Shown: positions 37,574-50,688, counted from the first letter of the whole stretch. The stretch is DNA of 63,383 bases, filler included, from Sphacelaria rigidula (GCA_964200075.2; 10 parts of 10 records of this genome joined end to end with filler, not necessarily neighbours in it), one strand, 5' to 3'. Notes: generated by a model from the letters alone, not told the origin. A program made the numbers and translations.

Positions 37574-37992
37574 CTGCCATCATCATAGCGGTTGTGATTC
37601 AATTTTTGCAAAGGCAGCGGTGCCAAGCCCAGAGATGGGAAGAACAAGATCGTTTAGCTGTATTTCATGTGAAGGACACGCAGCTCAGGAATGGTGAGTC
37701 GTCAGCAGTGCAGCACTCCGTTGCGGAGTTTCGATTCACTCGCAGCAGCATGCTTTGATGACAGTCGTTTCGGAACATTCCAGACAATACAACATGTAAT
37801 ATACATTGCCCGCTCAATATGTCGATGCGTTGGGGGGTCAATATATATTGGGCGAGCAATATGATGGCACGAGAGAGGGTCAATATATATATTATATATA
37901 TATATATATAGTGTTGGGGGTGGTGGTGGGGGTGGTGGGGGTGGTGGGGGGGGTGGGGGGGGTGGGGGGGGAGTTGGCAGCTACACTACGTT

Positions 37993-38092
37993 NNNNNNNN
38001 NNNNNNNNNNNNNNNNNNNNNNNNNNNNNNNNNNNNTTAATTAATTAANNNNNNNNNNNNNNNNNNNNNNNNNNNNNNNNNNNNNNNNNNNN
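37993..38092. other. Artificial contig linker
   Basis: Same spacer. Confidence 0.98.
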
Positions 38093-38093
38093 A

Positions 38094-38418
38094 ACAGGGA
38101 AAATCGCCAACACACGTGTTGGACACTTTGCATCACCCCACAGAGAGGAGCCCAGCCCACTTGTCAGATTTGCTTGGCTCCAAGGTTTCGAGAGCGGCCG
38201 CTGAACAATAGTTAGTCCGTGTGCAATAAAATCTACGGCGATCTCCACAGATTTTCGGGCAAACCGGCGGGGGTCGGCAAGCACAGAGTTTTGCAACCGA
38301 ACGATTGCTCAAGGGCCTATCTCGAAACATCGGAGCCAAGCGAATCTGAAAAGCAGGCTAGACTTCTCTCTGTGGGGTGATGCAAAGTATCCGAGACGTA
38401 TGTTGGCGATTTTTCCTG
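38094..38418. repeat. Inverted repeat (~87-bp arms), MITE/foldback-like
   Basis: CAGG.AAAATCGCCAACA...TTTGCATCACCCCACAGAGAG...TCAGATT.GCTTGGCTCC is inverted at ~38332-38418. Confidence 0.8.
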
Positions 38419-38599
38419 CTTGGGGATCAAAAGGTGGGTCAAACGTTCCAAAAACAATCCGTTGGCCAAAAACCTGTTTGCCATAACCTCCGCCCTAAAA
38501 TCAATACTCAGTTTTCAGTTTTCAGTTTTCAGTAAAATGCCGTTAACTCATGAAAATAAAAATCTGTGGCTTCATAGTTATTTTTATATCATTATGCCC

Positions 38600-41500
38600 T
38601 ATTCACTCTCCATGTGGAGACCATATATATATATATATGAGCGAAATGAACACCAGAATACCAATGTAAGCCGGAAACAAACAGTCTCAGAAACGCGGGG
38701 CCCGCCTGCGACATACATGAGCGGACTCGAAATGTTCAAACCTGTGAAACTGGATCTTCGGCAACCTAGGCAACGTGTCTCCGGTAGAAGGAGCCCGGAG
38801 TAATAGAACCACCGCATGAACCCTGGTTGGCCATTCGTATTACTGCCGTACTGGCTCGTTCAGTCGTTCTTCTTGCCCATCACCGGCCATGGCCAAATCC
38901 TTGCCCCAAACGACAAGAGAGAGCATCACGCCTTGCTTTGGAGATCCTTCGGCAGCAGGTCACGACAACGTTCTTTTTTGGAACCCGTAACTCTACTGCC
39001 TCACCCCTAGCGAAGCCTAGTTCACAGTGGCGTCGACGAAGAGATGTGAACCCGCGGGTGCAGAGCACATTGACTCGCGCGTGCGGTGCACATTGACGTA
39101 ACGGTGGCGACACTATCCGGAACAAGGAACCAAGGAACGCTACAGCAGGTAGAACGCATGGATCATATGCACAGTTACTCCAGTTGAGAGAGAGGGTTGT
39201 AGGGACATGGCTAGTCAAACGGTGAAACGCAAAATTCGCCTCCTCAGCGTGCACTATGCGTCACCTGCATGGCTAGTGAAGCAGCAAAACCCGAAAATAA
39301 CCTCCTCAGCGGGCGTAATATGTCACGAGCATGGCTAGTCAAACAGCGAAGCCGCACTATCAACCCACCTTTCATCACCATAGTGCAAGAGCCCTGGCAA
39401 TCAATCAAGCAGACCGACCTCTGGAAACGCGGTGACTCGAAGTAGCGCTAACAAAATTCAACCCAACCTGCCAATGCACCACCTTGTCACACCCTAACAT
39501 GTAGAAAGCGAAAGAAGAGGGTATATTGGACGGTCTTACCGTATCTCAGCTCGCAAGTTGAGAGAAGTTGCAAGCGGCATATAGTTCAATAGTTCACATC
39601 TCAGTACGCATGCGATGGAGAAAAGGGCCAACCCTCCAGTGAAATATATCGCAGTGAAGCGGGTCTTGTAGTCAGTACAGTAACTGCTCCGGTGAGGCAC
39701 CAAAACAGTCCCAGTTGCGACGTAAAACCACATACTAGGATAAAGCAGAAGCTGAACAAGAGCAACATAGTCGAAAAAAGGAGTGCGGTGTACAATATAA
39801 CCAGCCTTCGTACTTGGAGTTACTTCCTAAGCAACCTATATAGTAGTCATCGAAAAGCGATACATCGTACTCGGGTTCAAAATCGTCGAAATGAAGCTCA
39901 ATTTGTTGAGACTCATGTCATATTGCATTCTGCACGATACCCTGAGGAATCGGTAACGTTACATCCCACGTTGACACATGTGCAACCTACCGCCGGAATA
40001 AACAACAATTTTATGAGTAGCTGCCGTTGATTCCTTATCAGAACTGCCCGTACTCCCTCTAAAAGAGCATCCGATCACATTCTAGGTAGATGTAGCACCT
40101 GGACTCTTGGATCTGCATCTTTACCTGGAACAATTACCGTTCAACACCGAGGAGGGTGATTTGCTTGCCATACGATAGCCCCTTCAGTGGGATCGAGTGC
40201 GGAGTCTCACAAAGAGGTAGCGAAGGTGCATGCTAGAGTCAAGCAGAAGCTCAAAGTGAGCAACACAAATCGAAAAATGGTGCAGTGTAGCCGGCATTCG
40301 TACTTGGAGAGTGTTCCCCAAGTAACTTTCATAGCTCAACCATCATGTAATTTCAAAGCACAACACCGATCAAAATGTGGATCTCCAAAGCTGTCAACAC
40401 TTCGAAGCATTCCATTTTCCAAATGTCATCGTTAGCGCGGTACCCGAAGGGGCCTGTAACGATACATCCGGCTTCGGTAGGAATCCATGTGCCAGCTAGA
40501 ATATACGATAGTTCTGTGCGGGCCCTGACGAAAGATCCACTTCAGATTTGCCTGTCATCAGCCCAAAGTCCATCCGTTCACACTGTACTCTGAGCACAGC
40601 GGACATCAAACCAGTCCCGAGCGGATCTTGAGATCTTAGAAGCGCCGGCAATTCACTCATTAAAGTAGTGGGTTTCATCAGTTTCGACCTCACGTGAGGG
40701 GGGAAAATCCTGCTCGTTGAAGCACTTCTTCTATGAGATCTGGATCCCGACTTCATGCTGATCGATAATTCACTGATAGGAGCATTTGGAGGCATTTTGA
40801 ACTGGGCAACTGAGACATTATCGTTCCGAAATTCCAATGTTGGTATCAAAGCTACACACAAGAGACGGAACGAGCAAGGTAATTCTACGCACAGGGGATA
40901 TGACACATGTTCCGTGGTTAGAGTAGAAGCTGCGGCGCAAGTTTGTTCCAGGATATCTCAGAAACAAATGTGTTGTTCCTCGACGCACTGAGGTAGCCTT
41001 TTTTGGTCGAGTCAAATGAATCCCCTGAAGTGACAACCACGGCGATAATTGAGCCGCATATAGTCACGGAACAGGACGTTCAGTCGTTAGACACACCCCA
41101 GGCGTTCAAACGGCTGATCGTGGCTCGAGCAGTCTGTATATGATCAGCGGTGAATAAAACAGCTGTGATCCAGGTAGTCACTCCATCTAGGAAGCGCGTC
41201 CGTATAGGGCGTAACACTCTGTTAGGATACATCACACCTGCATCAGAGGTCCGGACAGTGAAAACAACAAACGCAAGTAGTGCAGTCGCCTAACACAAAC
41301 AAAAAATCACTGACACTCGCAAGAGTTGGAAAGGCGTTGAAAAAGGCCTGTGCAAGCTCCACATTTTGCCGGAACAGAGAGAACAAATCCTCGATCTGTG
41401 TACTACGTACTGGACGAAGTTTTCGTTTTCACCACAGGAATTAGGATGCTGAACGATAGGTGAAGCTACACGTCCACTCCAACCGGGTACACAAGCAGTC

Positions 41501-43527
41501 TACAGATCGCCCTACCGGGCCAACCCAAGGGTACAACAAGTCATCGACAAGAGTATACACAAAAGAAAATTCTCAGCTGGAGTAGCTTGTAAATACGCCA
41601 TGTCCGTGGTGGATCTTAGACGCGCTATGCACTTTTTATCCCGATTCTAAACAAACCAGCCGTTACGGGGTACAGATGATAGTTGACAGAGTTTTAACAG
41701 CATTCGGCATTCCGGAAACGTTGCACTCTGATCAAGGCAAAGGGGTTGAGAATCGAGGGATCTACCAGCTGCTGTTACAATATGAGAAAACCCGCACGAC
41801 TCTGTTCAGACCTCAAGGCAACTCAGTTGCAGAGCGGGTACACTCAAGTCAACACGCCATGCTGGCAACGCACAGTTCAGTCAAACAAAACAACTGAGCA
41901 ACCATGATGCCTTACGGGCAAATAAGGTTATCTGTTCCAAAGTACCGCCACTGGCATACAAAGTAAAGTTGGACAACGACGCAAAACAAACGTCGGTACA
42001 CTTGGCTCACTTGAAAAGTACAACCCACGGGAGAAAGCCCTGGCACCCGATTTCGATCGACTTGCCGACTTTTCTTAGGGGAAATACTGCCTCTTACAGA
42101 GGTTTGTAGCACAACCGAAAATTGAACGCTACATCGTTGACAAGGTGGTGATCCATGAACAGGGCCCAGGGCGGAAAGCGACCTCAACTATAATTACTGC
42201 CTCGGACTCAAAGGCTGGGGACCATCGGCTGACCTAGAGTACAGAATGGACGAAGTTCCCCAAAATCAACATCTCATAGACGCGTACAGAACCACGCAAA
42301 AAAACTGAATAGCGCGCTTCCACCAGACCCGCCGTCTCATAACACGAGAAAAAAACGGGTTAGTGGTGAATTTGTTCATGCGGGAACAAAGGTTCCCACG
42401 AAAAACAATTCCCGGAAACGTGCTCTTGAAGGGAAATCTAACGCTACATGCAGACGCGTTAGGTATGAAGTCAGGACAAAAGAAAATTGATGCCATGGTC
42501 AGTGCGACCACAAGGACATCAGCGGTGAAGAGAGACTCGACCCAAAGGTCTGAGCTATTATCAGCGAATAGGGGTATTACTGGCGAGGATAGTCGTGGAA
42601 ATTTTGTAATCTTGGAGTATATCACTCCAGAAATAAAAATACAGCCACTTTTTTCTTTTTGTCGTCAATGTTTGTCTTACCCAGACGCAGGTATTACCAT
42701 ATCATATGAGGATCACCACGGGTTCAGAGTCCAGGCCAAGCGCGGGACGACAACCCATCCCCCATGCGAAACCACAATGTTTCCCACCGAGTCGTCCATA
42801 AATTAGCCTCTATGGGGACATCAAAATTAGTACTGATCACACAGATTTTACAGATGCCGGAATCATGTAACCAAGTCACAAACCTCCGACACAACAAGTA
42901 TGCTGATTACATGAACCTGGGCATGAACGTCGATAGAAGTTACAGTCTTGTGTTTACTCAACACGACAGTATAGAGGGTATGACACGCTCACGCACAGGC
43001 CAGTATAATGGTATCATGACACACATGCAATGAGGATTCCATGTTGATATCATTCTCTCCATGAACGATCGCCGCAGCCCGTCGAACAGAGAGACTTGAG
43101 GCGCGTCAAAAGGGAGGGTTATGTGGAGACCATGTATGTGTGAGCGTATTGAACACCAGAATACCAATGTAAGCCGGAAACGAACAGTCTCAGGAACGGG
43201 GTCCGCCTGCAACATACATGAGCGGACTCGAAATGTTCAAACCTGTGAAACTGGATCTTTGGCAACCTAGGCAACGTGTCTCCGGTAGAAAGATATTAGT
43301 ATCATAGAGCCACCGAAAGAACCCTGGTGGACCGTTCGCAGTACTGCCGTACCGGCTCGTTCAGTTGTTCTTCTTGCCTATCACCGGCCATGGCCAAATC
43401 CTTGCCCCAAACGACAAGAGAGAAAATCACGCCTCGCTTTGGAGATCCTTCGGCAGCAGGTCACGATAACGTTCTTTTTTGGAACCCGTAACTCTACTTC
43501 CTTACCCCTAGCGAAGCCTAGTTCGCA
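38600..43527 (+). mobile_element. Internally deleted, degenerate Ty3/gypsy element with both LTRs
   Basis: Direct repeats ending ...GCGAAGCCTAGTTC(A/G)CA at 39026 and 43527; PBS-like TGGCGTCGAC at 39028; RT-start peptide QELGC.TIGEAT.PLQPGT..VYRSPYRANPRVQQVID near 41430-41550; integrase core at 41676-41897; chromodomain-like LKGWGPSADLEY near 42205-42245; left boundary approximate. Confidence 0.85.
41676..41897 (+). pseudogene. Retroelement integrase (rve) core fragment
   Basis: FGIPETLHSDQG..VEN...KTRTT.FRPQGNSVAERVH. Confidence 0.9.
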
Positions 43528-43788
43528 TCCATACCACATTTTAAGGTCTAGCTTTCAAAAGTAATGTGAGGCGGGGCCTGCAAACTACAGATCCGCTTCT
43601 AGGTTGTACCAGCTCGTACTGCTCATGTGGAAGCAGTGGCAGTCAACCAAAAACGTTGAAGATTGGCGTCGGCGGTACCGTGTGCGATTACTGTGTATGC
43701 ACACGCAGCACGCCAACACCAGCAACGGTGTAGCACCTTAACCTCAGCAATAGTGGGCGCTTTGCACCGCTATGTTGTGCTATAGTGC

Positions 43789-44145
43789 AGTGTGTGTGTT
43801 GTCATCCCATCTATTCTGGACGCCAGTCTACACCGTTCGGTATGTGTGGGTCCATCAGCCGGGGTCACACAGGAGGAAGGCCCACACAGGAGTTTTCATT
43901 TTGTTTGAGTTTTGCATCTTCCTCCTGCGGTGCTTGCAATACTTTTTATCGCGAGAGAGGTCCGGCGGTCCATTTCTCTCGTCGCGATGAAGTCGGGTAT
44001 TGTGTGCCTACGACATAGTCGCTCTCCACTGTTGGGCATGGTGTGAGGAAGAATCCCAGATCGTGTGACTGCACCGAGATTCGAACTCACGACCCATCCG
44101 CCAGTGCGTTCCGAGGTAACCAACTGAGCCACCGGGGCGACCGGC
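43789..44145 (-). mobile_element. tRNA-derived SINE, full-length copy with (CA)n tail
   Basis: Head GGTCGCCCCGGTGGCTCAGTTGG (A box), GTTCGAATC (B box), tail GACAACACACACA; family members at 44239-44340, 59963-60210 and 63311-63383. Confidence 0.85.
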
Positions 44146-44238
44146 CTCTATGCAATGCGTGCTGCGATGTTGGACAAAATCTCCCTCTGTCGATGGGTGC
44201 AATGCGCGTTCTTCCCATCACAATAAGCGAAGTACAGA

Positions 44239-44340
44239 GCCGGTCGCCCCGGTGGCTCAGTGGGTAACCTCGAAACCCTCTGACGGTTGGATCGTGGGTT
44301 CAATTCTCGGAGCAACCTGAGATCTTTTCTCTCACCATGC
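44239..44340 (+). mobile_element. tRNA-derived SINE head, cut by the contig edge
   Basis: GGTCGCCCCGGTGGCTCAGTGGG...GGTTCAATTC. Confidence 0.8.
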
Positions 44341-44440
44341 NNNNNNNNNNNNNNNNNNNNNNNNNNNNNNNNNNNNNNNNNNNNTTAATTAATTAANNNN
44401 NNNNNNNNNNNNNNNNNNNNNNNNNNNNNNNNNNNNNNNN
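44341..44440. other. Artificial contig linker
   Basis: Same spacer. Confidence 0.98.
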
Positions 44441-45499
44441 TGTAAACTGAGGGACCAACCTTCGCCGTTCCCCAAGCGGGGGGGTCCCCCCCCCCCCCCC
44501 CCCCCCCCCCACCCCCCCCCCCCCCCCCCCCCCTCCCGTCTTTCTTTTCCTGGCTCTTTCATACACCGGTCCACTGGATCTGTTGTGTTCGCTCGGGACG
44601 TCATTTTTTCTCTCGTTATCATGTCTGTACTTTTTTTCTCATCATGGACGTTGACCATGGTCACATTCTTAGCAATGATGTTGGTATCACGTGACCTTTT
44701 TCCCGGATACTGTAGGAGGTTGACGGATGTAAAGCATGCCTGCATAAAATATGGTGTTTGATCTGGGTGTGTGTGTCTATGGATGAAGAGCATGGATTAT
44801 CCTTGAAGAGCACAGTCCTATGTAGCGGTGATAGATGGAATTGGATAAAGAGTGCAATTGTCAAGTACACTTGGGGCTGTACCTAACAGAAACCATTTCT
44901 ATCTACCGAGCAATGTACGTCCTGCAGTGCGATAAATGCAACCCATTGTAGGAAAAAATAATGCGCCGCCGACTCCCGATGGTCCAACTGGTTCATGACT
45001 TAGATCAGGGGAAGGGGGAAGGTTCCGGGCTTAAATCACGCGAGAGTCGATTTGTTTGAGCACTACATGACGGCCCGTCTCTGAAGGCGCGAAGACTTTA
45101 GTAGTGAAGGGGATCTACGAGACTGGACGCGATGCAGTAGTGCCGATCCAGTCGTAGATAACGACGTGCCTGGCAGGCACCGAGGGAAAAGTGGGTTGAT
45201 CGCTTGAGACTGTACGGTCTCTCTCCAAAGAAAGGGAGGGGTCAAGGGTACGAAAAATTGTGATAAAAGTGAGATACATCAGCCTGTGCACAAGGCGACA
45301 CTGTGCCGCACTATTTACAAACAATGCGTCTCTCAAGACACGAGGTGCGAGTGACTAACGACACATACAAGGTGACCCGCATTATTTTGGGAAATCGATT
45401 AAGCCTACTTGCAAGCTCGGCATGGCCGTAGTTCCTGAATACCGACCTGCTGTGCCGTAATGCCTGGGGTGTCAAACGAAACCCTCCAGGTGAATCTAT

Positions 45500-46800
45500 G
45501 AAAACATTTGAAAAACACCTTTTTGGGGTAAACACTTTGAAATTTGTTGGAGGTAGGGGTTAGCGTAATAAACACCACGGTATGGATTTATTGGTGCTGG
45601 CTTTTCGCTGACAAAGAGTCGCTGCTCAAAGGTCAGCGTGGGGGCCACTTGCATTGGGCGTCAGGCTAATAGTGGTATTGCTCCAAAAACAAGAACCGAG
45701 CAAATGGCGGAGAAGAAAGTCAGATCGAAAAGCAGCGCACCTTAGACATTTTCATTGTATTGATGATCTCGTCACGCACTGCTCGGGCATGCACAACCGG
45801 TTGGTTCGGGGGGAGAGCCTGAAACCCAGACGCACGAACGCTTCTTTATCTTCGACATCCAGTTGTGTGCGTTGTAAACATATCGTATGGGATCCTGTCC
45901 GTGCGGTAAGTGCACCGGAAGAGGGGGGGGAAATAGAGCACTCGCGGAACAAATTCGTTTCATCACCTTTGGGTAACAGTCACCTTGACAAAATTCACAA
46001 GTCGCCAGGAGAAAAACACGTGCGAATTACCCGGCTTTGTTGACCATTGACGGCACGCCGCACTGTCTTTGTCCGGTGACGTTGGCACGCTCAGCGAACG
46101 GCGGTTACCAAATTGCCGTACGGAAACCCGCTCGCAGTACAGCACATGCAGCGTGCTACCAAACAGCCATACAGAGCAACTCAGCGCAGTTCTGTGTGGA
46201 GGCCAAACAACGCCCAAAATGTTGTGCCTGGGCACGCAATACTTTGTCCGCGCCAGAGACACCAGTGGGTCCTGTTTTCGAGGCCTGCTGCCTCACACGG
46301 ACGGCGAGAGTACTGTGCGACCTCACACGATGCTGATGAAGTGATACAGTACGTTTCCTCCCTGTCGTGAAAGTCGAGCTCTGCCGCCCGTAGGAGGGTG
46401 TTGGCGACATGGAACAGCATTCCAAGGGTGGGATGAACCATCGCCGGCCAGAATCAAATCCACGATTTCTGAGGCCTGGTTGCTCCTAAGAGAGCAAAAT
46501 AGTGAGCGCGGTTCAAGAAGGTATCCATGCAAATTTTGCTCCATTCCACGCACGCACCTGGGGTGCAACGCTGAACGCGAAGCCCAAGGGTTGATTTGTG
46601 CGGTACGAATCAATTACACTAAAATCAAGTAATTTTTCATACGAATCATTACTTGTTCGACCAACTTTCAGCTTCCGAATGCAGTAGCGTGTGGGCGATG
46701 TGAAACAGCATTCGAATTTGCACACGCTACTGTGTGCAGAGGGCGCCATGGCGATGACTGCCTTGCATCTGTCGCATAGGGCGCCTCGGCAGTCAAGACG
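45500..46800 (-). mobile_element. Heavily decayed DNA transposase remnant, possibly hAT-like, upstream of (probably intronic to) the nucleotidase exons
   Basis: Frameshifted peptides IPYDMF.., VRDEIINTM, PTLTF and CDRCKAVI resemble hAT/BED N-terminal and first-catalytic-Asp regions; weak, by eye only. Confidence 0.3.
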
Positions 46801-48030
46801 CCTTGCGCGGTGGCTTGCGGTTGTGGTACCCCCCCTCCCTACGCAGAGCTTTTTGATGCTTCATCGAAGCAATGCTGGGAGGTACAGTACACCATGTTCG
46901 AGGTGTGGCGGGCTCTTGGAAAGTGATTGCCGCCGGGTAGATGTGACCAGCTCCGGCGTCACGGACACGTTTGGTAGTCCGCTATAAAAATGTATTGCAT
47001 ATCTCAAATTTATTCTTGGAATGTGGCTCAGAATTTCGGGTGAAGAAATGAAAGATGGCCTTTAAGGACTCTTCACCTGGGAAATACTTGAAAAATATCG
47101 TTTGGAAAAACACTAATCGATCATGTTCCACTCGTTCAGTGACAGCAGCTTTGGCGTTTGCCCATGAAATTTGTGACCCCCCGTAACCCCGTGACCCCGT
47201 GATCCCCTAAAATGATTTTTGGAAGTAGTCATATGATCAGGACTCCCATGGCCATTCTGTGATCCGTAACTCGTTTGCGCCGTATCAACTAGGGTGTAGC
47301 TGGGCCTACAGTAGGTATTTTGCTTGCTTGCTTGCTTCTGTTTTGTTTTTCTACGATATCTCCGCTGGTTTGTTTGTCAAATAGAGTATTCGGAGCACAC
47401 ACTTGCAAGTATTGATGGCCATTTTTCTACAAATCGTGTGCAACTATTGGTGAGTAAGCCCATCGTGGAGGACCCCAATCTACTGTTGCAGCTGACACGA
47501 CGAACTCGACTTGAGACTTGAAAAGCACAAGTTGGATATACAAAGGGAGTCCCAGCATAGGTGCGACAGATCACCCGCCCATCATGATCGACTTCTGCTG
47601 AGACCCCGCACGATTCCGGTACACGTCGATTACCTTATATAGGGATAAAGCGGACTCATTGATTGGTAGATCGTCGCACGTGAACCATTTCCCGTGGTCA
47701 CAATATAGATGTACCCGAGGTGAACAAAGGGGATCCCGATTGCATCGCACAATCTTTGTTCCATGTCATTTGACACCAGCATATTGGGGTCCGGGGCGAT
47801 GAGCTCACTGTTAGTATGAGATTCATGAGGAATATCAGAATATGGAAAACCCACATTTCAGGTTACGTTTTTGCACTGGAAAGTTATATTTTTTGGAGTT
47901 TATTTTTATGTTTGTTGGATTGGGGAGCAACACGACACGTTTTTGTTTGTGGATCGCAACGCAAGTGATTCTGATTCTGGTCGTCCGCCGGCTGTTCCTT
48001 TTAATTATTTTGCTTGTACCGCGGAGACAG

Positions 48031-48081
48031 GTGGCCACCTACGCGTGTATCTACACATCCAAGGCCAGCAACCTCGCTCGG
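48031..48081 (+). CDS. HAD-IG / cytosolic purine 5'-nucleotidase (cN-II family), C-terminal exon
   Basis: cag|GTG...CGG|gtgagc, 51 nt, VATYACIYTSKASNLAR, matching the family C-terminal pattern QVxxYAxIYTSxVSNL. Confidence 0.75.
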
Positions 48082-48816
48082 GTGAGCATCGCCTCCGCGA
48101 CCCCCTTCACTCGATCTCCGAGCGATGGCATTTGATTTGACGTCGAGTGTATTGATCACGATGCTTCTTCGTTCGCAGTTTGTCGTTTTGTTCTAAGCTG
48201 TGCTCGACTGTTGTACTGTTTTTTCTCTGTACTAGTTTCGTGTATTCTGCATTTTGACGTGTCAAGGGGGGTTCGATAATGATTGTGAAGGTGATTTTAC
48301 TATTGCTTTTTTTCGAATTCGAGGTTCTCGTGTTCCCTCCGTCTGCGCACATCGCTGAAGACATACACATACACTTGCGTGTGAGCTATCATCGATCTGC
48401 ATGAATCAGTGCGTGGCCGATCTCGGACGGTTCCCCGGAGTGGACCCCACGCTGCGTCGCTTACATGAACGGAGAACCCTACCGCAAAACGGGTCTGGGT
48501 TTGGATGTTTGTGTCGTAGGTGACGTAGTGATCTTCTGTGGGTTAGGGTTGTGGGCCACACCGATTGTGCGTCTGTCTACCTCGCTGATCTTCTGTGAAG
48601 CATGCTTTACCCCGTAAAATTACGTTGTAGCGACAGGTATATAGATATCCATGACGAATCAACTCGCGATGGCCGGGAAGCCTTAGGACCGGACCACCAC
48701 AGTCGTGGAGACAAACACTTTTTGAAGATGTGCAACTTCGCGGGCTGCACATCTAGTGATCAGTTTCATCAATGCGATCTGTGGGGTGTGTACATGATGT
48801 TAGTTACGGTGCAGCC

Positions 48817-48985
48817 GTCTGCTATGTCGTTCTGTTGGACTTTATTATGTTCCTTATTTTTCTTCAGCGAATGTTTCAGTTTCGTTCCTTCTTGTTGTTC
48901 GTACGTGTATCATGTGACCGCGGCTGGATCCCTGGGGGGTCAGTTAAAGTGCGACGACCTATCAAATCAAATCAAATCAATCGAT
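48817..48985 (+). mobile_element. LINE-like 3' tail copy in the nucleotidase intron
   Basis: GTCTGCTATGTCGTTCTGTT...TATCATGTGACCGCGGCTGGATCCCTGGGGGGTCAG...(AAATC)n. Confidence 0.7.
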
Positions 48986-49861
48986 CAGCCACTGAGCGAG
49001 TGCCGCATGTACGAGCCCCGCCACGGCTGCTGAGGGGGCCCAGCGGCAGCACACATACACGCGCACGGGTTCTCCTCTCGTCGAAGTCGCGGTTATCGTT
49101 GGTTCCAAGTGTAGCGTTCGACGCGCGTAGTTATATATTACCCAGAGGAAGCAGGAAACAGATGTAAAAACGCACGTTCTGCTCAGTGACGTCTGGCATG
49201 GTATTTACCATGCGTTGTGAAAAGCAAAATACGATTTCGGTCTCCCGTTCGGGGCAAGTAGCTGCCGCGTCTGGGCAGCGGCTGCCCCGCTGCGATTTGG
49301 TTGAATAATTGCAATTGAGATGTGTCGTCATTGGAAAATGACCGCGTTTGAACATCTAGCGCGTAATTACTGTTGGAGGCGTAGCTTTTTATGATGATTC
49401 ATTGGGTGCCACTAAAAATCAACGTGTCGTTGGTCTGAATACAGAGCCCTCCACATCTCGTGACCTGCGGCATGCGACTGATGCGTGTAGTATGGCTTAC
49501 ACAAAAGCGCATGGAGTGACAACGTCGTGACGCATTGAGCGGGGCGGTGCTCTGGAACTGCGTTACTAGATCGCACTGGGCGTAGTTCATTCCAGCAGTA
49601 GTTGCAAGTGCTGCAAGTGCGTTCGACAGAAGATCGCTTGGGGACTCATTCCACTGCACACCCATCCCATTATGTGATGTTTGGGGCTCGATACATTTTC
49701 ATACGGCCGAGGTGAACGGCGATCGTTACCAGATCACATGAGCTACAAACCGATGCTCCTCGGGTGACTAAAATGTACGTGCACCACGATAATTTCCTGA
49801 TTGATCGTTTGCGATCCCGCCGGGGTTAAGTTCCATCCTTTTCTCGTCTCACGCAATACAG

Positions 49862-49942
49862 GTGAGCATGCAGCGCTCCTTCCGCCCTGTTCGAGACGTT
49901 TCCGCGCATGATCTTCTCCTGGAAGCGGATGACGACGCTGAT
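49862..49942 (+). CDS. Next exon of the HAD-IG 5'-nucleotidase
   Basis: cag|GTG...GAT|gtgagt, 81 nt, phase 0, VSMQRSFRPVRDVSAHDLLLEADDDAD, fitting the S...(F/Y)RP..D...H(D/E) ending of the family. Confidence 0.7.
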
Positions 49943-50040
49943 GTGAGTAGCTCTCCCTTATTCGCCTCATGGCTGGGAGGATTCGATTCACTCCCACGTA
50001 TCTGGAATGAACAGCAAGCATTTTCATTGCACACTGATAT

Positions 50041-50266
50041 CAGTACGTTCGTTCTGTCAGCATGCTCTGATACACACCACCCCAAGTATCCATGACGTGT
50101 GCAATATCCCCTGTTTTGCACTGATGGGTGTACTGTCGCGAATCACTCTGGCGCAGTACGTTCGTTCTGTCAGCATGCTCTGATACATGCCACCCCAAGT
50201 ATCGATGACTCGTGCAATATCCCCTGTTTTGCACTTATAGATGTGCTGTCGCGAATCACTCTTGCG
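50041..50266 (+). repeat. Tandem duplication, 2 x 113 bp
   Basis: CAGTACGTTCGTTCTGTCAGCATGCTCTGATACA starts at 50041 and 50154. Confidence 0.92.
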
Positions 50267-50688
50267 GAGGTGCAGATACATGTAGGCACGTTGATATCGA
50301 GTTTATACCCGAAACGGTCAGTGGGGTCGTAACCCTCATCTTACGTGGTGGATAGCCCTCATACCGAGGAGATGCAATGGCACGACGTGCTACTCTAGTG
50401 AGCCCTATTGCATGGTTGCCATTACTGGTCCATGTGCTGCTACTGTTGAAGTGGGGAAATATGTTTGTTTTTGGAAAAATCCCCGGGAAGAGAAGCTGTT
50501 CATGCTCAGTGATGTCTGAACTTGGCGCAGAGAACGTTCCGTTCTCATCACACGACCCTATGGTGTCCCTTGTTCAATTCTACATGTGTCGTGCCTGCAC
50601 CCCCCCCCCTCCCCCCCCCCTTCATGCGACTCGCCGAACACACCACGGCGCTTCGCGCTCGGTGATTGAGGGCGAGCCTGGTGTGGCG

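Noticed and set aside
43789..44340. Functional tRNA genes
   Set aside because: A and B boxes are present but there is no paired cloverleaf, and the heads are attached to a conserved body and (CA)n tail, so SINEs
12963..49942. A functional cluster linking SMT, the nucleotidase and the retroelements
   Set aside because: They lie on different, arbitrarily concatenated contigs
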